A stretch of DNA of 64,000 nucleotides, from the NCBI GenBank assembly GCA_964572155.1, contig CAZNDZ010000001.1, positions 846,290 through 910,289 of the forward strand. Direction: 5' to 3'. The notes beneath the pieces were generated by a model. It was not told where the DNA came from and did not search any database. It was given only the letters and a program-made list of their open reading frames with translations. Below, in pieces: positions 60,404-64,000 of the stretch. Position numbers and translations under genes: made by a program. Position 1 is the first letter of the stretch. Each line of letters starts with the position of its first letter. This stretch comes from an uncultured Planctomycetales bacterium (GTDB lineage Bacteria > Omnitrophota > Gorgyraeia > Zapsychrales > Fredricksoniimonadaceae).

Positions 60404-61081
60404 ATGAATTTTCAAGATCCAGAATTATGGCGTTCCTTAGGTTTATTAATGCATGCACATCCATGGCACGGCGTGACCGTGGGTGAAGAAGCGCCTAATT
60501 TGGTTAATACCTATATTGAAACTGTACCATCCGACACCGTCAAATACGAGATCGATAAGATCAGTGGATTTTTGAAAGTTAACCGTCCACAAAAATATTC
60601 TAGCATTTGTCCGACGTTATACGGTTTTATCCCGCAAACATATTGTTCTGAAAGTGTTGCCCAATTATCCCAAGACCGTACCGGCCGTGCATCCGTTACA
60701 GGGGATGGGGATCCTTTAGATATTTGTGTCTTAACAGAAAAAGTTATAAGTCATGGAAATATCATTGTCCGTGCAATTCCCATCGGTGGTTTTCGTATGA
60801 TCGATGGTGGTCAAGCGGATGACAAGATTATAGCGGTTATGCATGGTGATGGTCTTTATAGCCAGTGGCAAAATATTGAAGATTGCCCACGGGCGTTCAT
60901 TGACCGTTTAAAACATTATTTTTTAACATATAAGGATTTGCCTGGTGCGCAAGAGCGTTTGTGTGAAATAACGCATGTGTACGGGCGTGAGGAAGCGTTG
61001 GAAGTCATTAAGCGTTCACGTGAAGATTATCGTCGGAAATTTGCGCGCATCGAAGAAATGATGACATCGTTACTCTCATAA
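60404..61081 (+). CDS. ppa: family I soluble inorganic pyrophosphatase
   Basis: …GDGDPLDICVL… PPase signature D-x-D-P-x-D; ATG 60404. Confidence 0.8.
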   Translation: MNFQDPELWRSLGLLMHAHPWHGVTVGEEAPNLVNTYIETVPSDTVKYEIDKISGFLKVNRPQKYSSICPTLYGFIPQTYCSESVAQLSQDRTGRASVTGDGDPLDICVLTEKVISHGNIIVRAIPIGGFRMIDGGQADDKIIAVMHGDGLYSQWQNIEDCPRAFIDRLKHYFLTYKDLPGAQERLCEITHVYGREEALEVIKRSREDYRRKFARIEEMMTSLLS

Positions 61082-61101
61082 TTCTTTAAGTAGGTCGTTG
61101 A

Positions 61102-61989
61102 TTGTTTACAGTACATATTGATCCCATTGAACTTCATGCTTGGCAAGGGTGGCGGCTAAAAAGCGGCCCCTTGAGCCTCGTTATTATTCCTGCCATCGGC
61201 GGTCGTATTTTATCCGTTCGTTTCGAAGGTAAAGAATTATTATATGCCCCCAAAGATTTGGCGGGCCAAGTCTTCGACTTTTCAACCACAACCGATTTAA
61301 ATGCCCAGAAAAAAGAATTGGGTTTTCGAATTTGGGGTGGGGATAAGACGTGGGTTGCGCCTCAAGCATCGTGGACGGAAGGCGTTCCGCCACTTGAATT
61401 AGATGCTGGCACATATGCCCTGACGTGGGAAGAGCAAACCGCAGTCATGACGTCTCCTGTATGTCGTGAGACGGGCTTACAAATTGTCCGAAAAGTTAAG
61501 ATCGATAAAGAAGCCATTGTTTATCTTGAAGAAGAATTTCACAATAAGACAGATCAGCCGATTTTAAAAGGCATTTGGAATGTCACGCAAGTGCCACGTC
61601 CATGTGAGTTTTTTATCCCTGCACGCAAAGGTGCATTTCGTTCCTATCATCACGAAGATAAAACATTACCAGAAATGAAATCGTTCTTTAAAGAAGAACA
61701 TGGATGGACGGAAATTTTTTGTCATCAGCCCATGCTGTTTAAATGTGGAGGGATACCGACGGAAGGCAAGGTGTTAATTAAAATGCCTTTGGGTGGTCCT
61801 AAAGAAATTGTTTGGCTCAAATCTTTTGCCTTGGATCCCCAAGCAACCTATGCGCATCGTTCCGCGGTTGAGATTTTTAATGCTGATACAGCAGATTATG
61901 CTGAAGTTGAGTTGCATGCACCTTTGGTTGAGATTAAACCAGGTGAACATATCAGTTTTGCACAGCAGTGGCATTTTAAGAAACTTTAG
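61102..61989 (+). CDS. hypothetical protein (no family confidently recognised)
   Basis: 295-aa ORF with coding-like composition and tight spacing to neighbours. Confidence 0.4.
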   Translation: MFTVHIDPIELHAWQGWRLKSGPLSLVIIPAIGGRILSVRFEGKELLYAPKDLAGQVFDFSTTTDLNAQKKELGFRIWGGDKTWVAPQASWTEGVPPLELDAGTYALTWEEQTAVMTSPVCRETGLQIVRKVKIDKEAIVYLEEEFHNKTDQPILKGIWNVTQVPRPCEFFIPARKGAFRSYHHEDKTLPEMKSFFKEEHGWTEIFCHQPMLFKCGGIPTEGKVLIKMPLGGPKEIVWLKSFALDPQATYAHRSAVEIFNADTADYAEVELHAPLVEIKPGEHISFAQQWHFKKL

Positions 61990-62059
61990 GCTTGCTCAAG
62001 TTTCTGGGCGAGGGTAGAATATATCAAATTCGATGTTAAATTTAGAAAGAGGATGATCT

Positions 62060-62434
62060 ATGGCAAAGCAAGACAAAAAGAAGATCTTAGTTGTTGATGA
62101 TGATCCTGCAATTGTTAAGTTGGTTAAAAGCATTTTAGAAGGCGAAGGTTTTGAGGTTGAAACCGCCAATGATGGCATTGATGCATTGGTTAAAGTTAAA
62201 GAAGTAAAACCTGACTTAATGGTCTTAGACATCATGATGCCAGAACTTAATGGTTATGATGTTTGCCATAAAATTAAATTTGATTCTCCTTATAAAGAGA
62301 TCCCGATTCTTCTCTTAACATCCCGCGATCAAGAAATTGATTCCCGCATTGGTCAAATGATGGGCATTACGTATTTACAAAAGCCACTAAAAAGAGAAAC
62401 TTTCTTAAGCGAAATTAAGAAACTCATTAAGTAA
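62060..62434 (+). CDS. stand-alone response-regulator receiver domain (CheY-like)
   Basis: …KKILVVDDDPAIVKL…, phospho-acceptor context …LMVLDIMMPELNGYDV…, …LLLTSR…. Confidence 0.8.
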   Translation: MAKQDKKKILVVDDDPAIVKLVKSILEGEGFEVETANDGIDALVKVKEVKPDLMVLDIMMPELNGYDVCHKIKFDSPYKEIPILLLTSRDQEIDSRIGQMMGITYLQKPLKRETFLSEIKKLIK

Positions 62435-62436
62435 GC

Positions 62437-63180
62437 ATGAAGCGACTAGTTGTAGTGTTTTTAAGTTTGAGCATCGCGCTTGGCGGCATATGCAATGCGG
62501 CCGTGTCTTCTCAATTTTCCAAAAATAATCCCGACATTCAAAAGTACGAATATGCCCGCAGCTTTATTGCGTCGCTGACCTATATTAAAGCGGTGCATGA
62601 GCGTTGGCACAAATCAAGCCCTACCAAAGATTTTAAAGGCGCTAAAGATGTGACACTGATGCGCGGGTTCTTGTCGTATTTGATCAAAGACAATGCCGAT
62701 TTGCGCATTGCTAAGAATTATTTGGCGCCATATTTAGAATCAAAAAATGCGTTGATACGAAAATCAGCTGACATGTTTATCATGGGGTGCATCACGGTCA
62801 TTGCGATTAATGATAAAGAGAAACAAATTTGGGATCAGTGGAATGCGGTTAAGGCCAATGGTTTGGGCACACGCAAAAATGAGACGGCTTTCTTAGACGC
62901 TCAAGAAGATTTGGCATTAAAACGCAAAGAAGCGTTTAAGAATATTATCCAATCAAGCGCGTTGCTTACAAAAATTTTACGCAGTGCCCAAAATGAGAAT
63001 GAAAAGGGCAAGTTGCTTGCGATCAATGACATTCAACGTAAGAAATTAATCAAATCTTTAGACGAGGTAGGACGCTCCAATTTAGATTGGGGGCTGAAAC
63101 CTGGACAAACATTCCAAGAAGCATCAGTTGCATTGCTTCGTGAAATCCTAGAAGACCCTATTTATAAATCCCTCCCATGA
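62437..63180 (+). CDS. secreted hypothetical protein
   Basis: Signal peptide MKRLVVVFLSLSIALGGICNAAV; Lys-rich; no family recognised. Confidence 0.45.
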   Translation: MKRLVVVFLSLSIALGGICNAAVSSQFSKNNPDIQKYEYARSFIASLTYIKAVHERWHKSSPTKDFKGAKDVTLMRGFLSYLIKDNADLRIAKNYLAPYLESKNALIRKSADMFIMGCITVIAINDKEKQIWDQWNAVKANGLGTRKNETAFLDAQEDLALKRKEAFKNIIQSSALLTKILRSAQNENEKGKLLAINDIQRKKLIKSLDEVGRSNLDWGLKPGQTFQEASVALLREILEDPIYKSLP

Positions 63181-64000
63181 GCCATGTTTTAGATTCAACC
63201 CAAGTACGGGTGGTCAAAGCTTCTGCAGGAAGCGGTAAGACCTACGCGTTAGCCCGTCGGTATGTTCAAATCCTTTTGCTAAGTTCGACTCAGACCCCGC
63301 AAAGTTTAAAACATATCCTCGCGATCACATTCACCAATAAAGCTGCCACACAGATGAAAGAACGTATCATTGCCTTGGTTAAACGGATCGCGCTTGATCA
63401 ATTAACGGATGCTCAGGTTGATGATATTCTAAAGCCCATTGGCATGACCCGCGCCCAAGCCCTCAAAGCTGCAGGGGTGGTGATGGATGACATCATCCGC
63501 TATTATCATTATTTCAATGTTTCTACCATTGATAGCTTTATGAATACGTTATTATCAGGTTGCGCCTTTAAAATGAATTTGTCCGCACGTTTTAAGATCA
63601 AGCGCAACGCGGCCCAATATCTGCTCTTGAGCCTAGATGCCCTGATTGATCAAGGGGCTAAAGATAAAGACACGCGCATCCTCTTTGAGCGATTCATCAT
63701 GCAATACTTATTCCTCGAGAATCGCAGCAATTGGTTTCCTAAGCAAGATCTCATGGATGTCATGCTTATTTTGTTTAAGCAGCAAAACACCTATCAGCGA
63801 CCATTGCTTAAGTTTGACGTTAGCGATAAAGATATCCATAGCCTAAAGCGCCGCTTCATTGATTTGGTTGGTGACTTGTGTCCGTTGCTGCCACAAGGTG
63901 TGGATAAGCGCTTTGTGAGCGCCTTGCAAGATTTTCATACGGAGCATCCTAAAGGCTTTGATGTCGATCATTTGAGTCGCTATTTTGGTCGCACTGAAAT
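63177..64000 (+). CDS. UvrD/AddA-type superfamily 1 helicase, N-terminal part (truncated at window end)
   Basis: ATG 63177 overlaps preceding TGA; …VVKASAGSGKTYALARRY… Walker A, …ITFTNKAATQMKERI… motif Ia; open frame to 64000. Confidence 0.6.
   Translation, partial: MSHVLDSTQVRVVKASAGSGKTYALARRYVQILLLSSTQTPQSLKHILAITFTNKAATQMKERIIALVKRIALDQLTDAQVDDILKPIGMTRAQALKAAGVVMDDIIRYYHYFNVSTIDSFMNTLLSGCAFKMNLSARFKIKRNAAQYLLLSLDALIDQGAKDKDTRILFERFIMQYLFLENRSNWFPKQDLMDVMLILFKQQNTYQRPLLKFDVSDKDIHSLKRRFIDLVGDLCPLLPQGVDKRFVSALQDFHTEHPKGFDVDHLSRYFGRTE

Overview
This is a 64-kb chromosomal window from a low-GC (about 40-45% by eye) diderm bacterium whose lineage I cannot place from the sequence. Every confidently called gene lies on the + strand. 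Most of the window is compact housekeeping operons: proS; rimP-nusA-infB; trpS-scpA-ruvB-spoIID-like-queA; tgt-trmD-rplS-rnhB; rpsB-tsf-pyrH-frr; a tRNA-Lys/Leu/Gly cluster; a PTS-Ntr-type regulatory cluster (ptsN, yvcK-like, ptsH, ptsI); metK-ahcY-pfkA; a class II aldolase, ilvC, leuA, aroE, a prepilin peptidase, aroK, dprA, topA and a xerC/D-type recombinase; and an LPS inner-core/lipid A cluster (waaA, lpxK, an LpxL-ELM1-like fusion, GT4 and GT9 heptosyltransferase-like genes). After that come ppa, a hypothetical, a CheY-like receiver, a secreted hypothetical and a truncated UvrD-like helicase. The main finding is four dispersed paralogs of a family of very large secreted proteins (673-1401 aa), each with its own intergenic spacers and promoter-like AT-rich upstream region. 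One of them sits exactly between queA and tgt, which are adjacent in many bacteria. All four share a conserved ~330-aa N-terminal module directly after the signal peptide and a conserved ~55-aa C-terminal tail ('GGIDLN...NLN...P(T/V)I'), with divergent middles. The two largest copies are collinear and carry a conserved HExxH(+E) zincin-like motif downstream of a HEAT-like helical repeat region. I could not match either terminal module to any domain family I know. I therefore propose them as a candidate undescribed secreted or surface-protein system, possibly with a new C-terminal sorting signal. Other accessory elements are a DUF1016/YhcG-type PD-(D/E)XK nuclease gene on an AT-rich islet, a VapB(AbrB/MazE-type)-VapC(PIN) toxin-antitoxin pair with an operator-like palindrome, and an in-frame post-stop remnant of the family tail motif after paralog 3.
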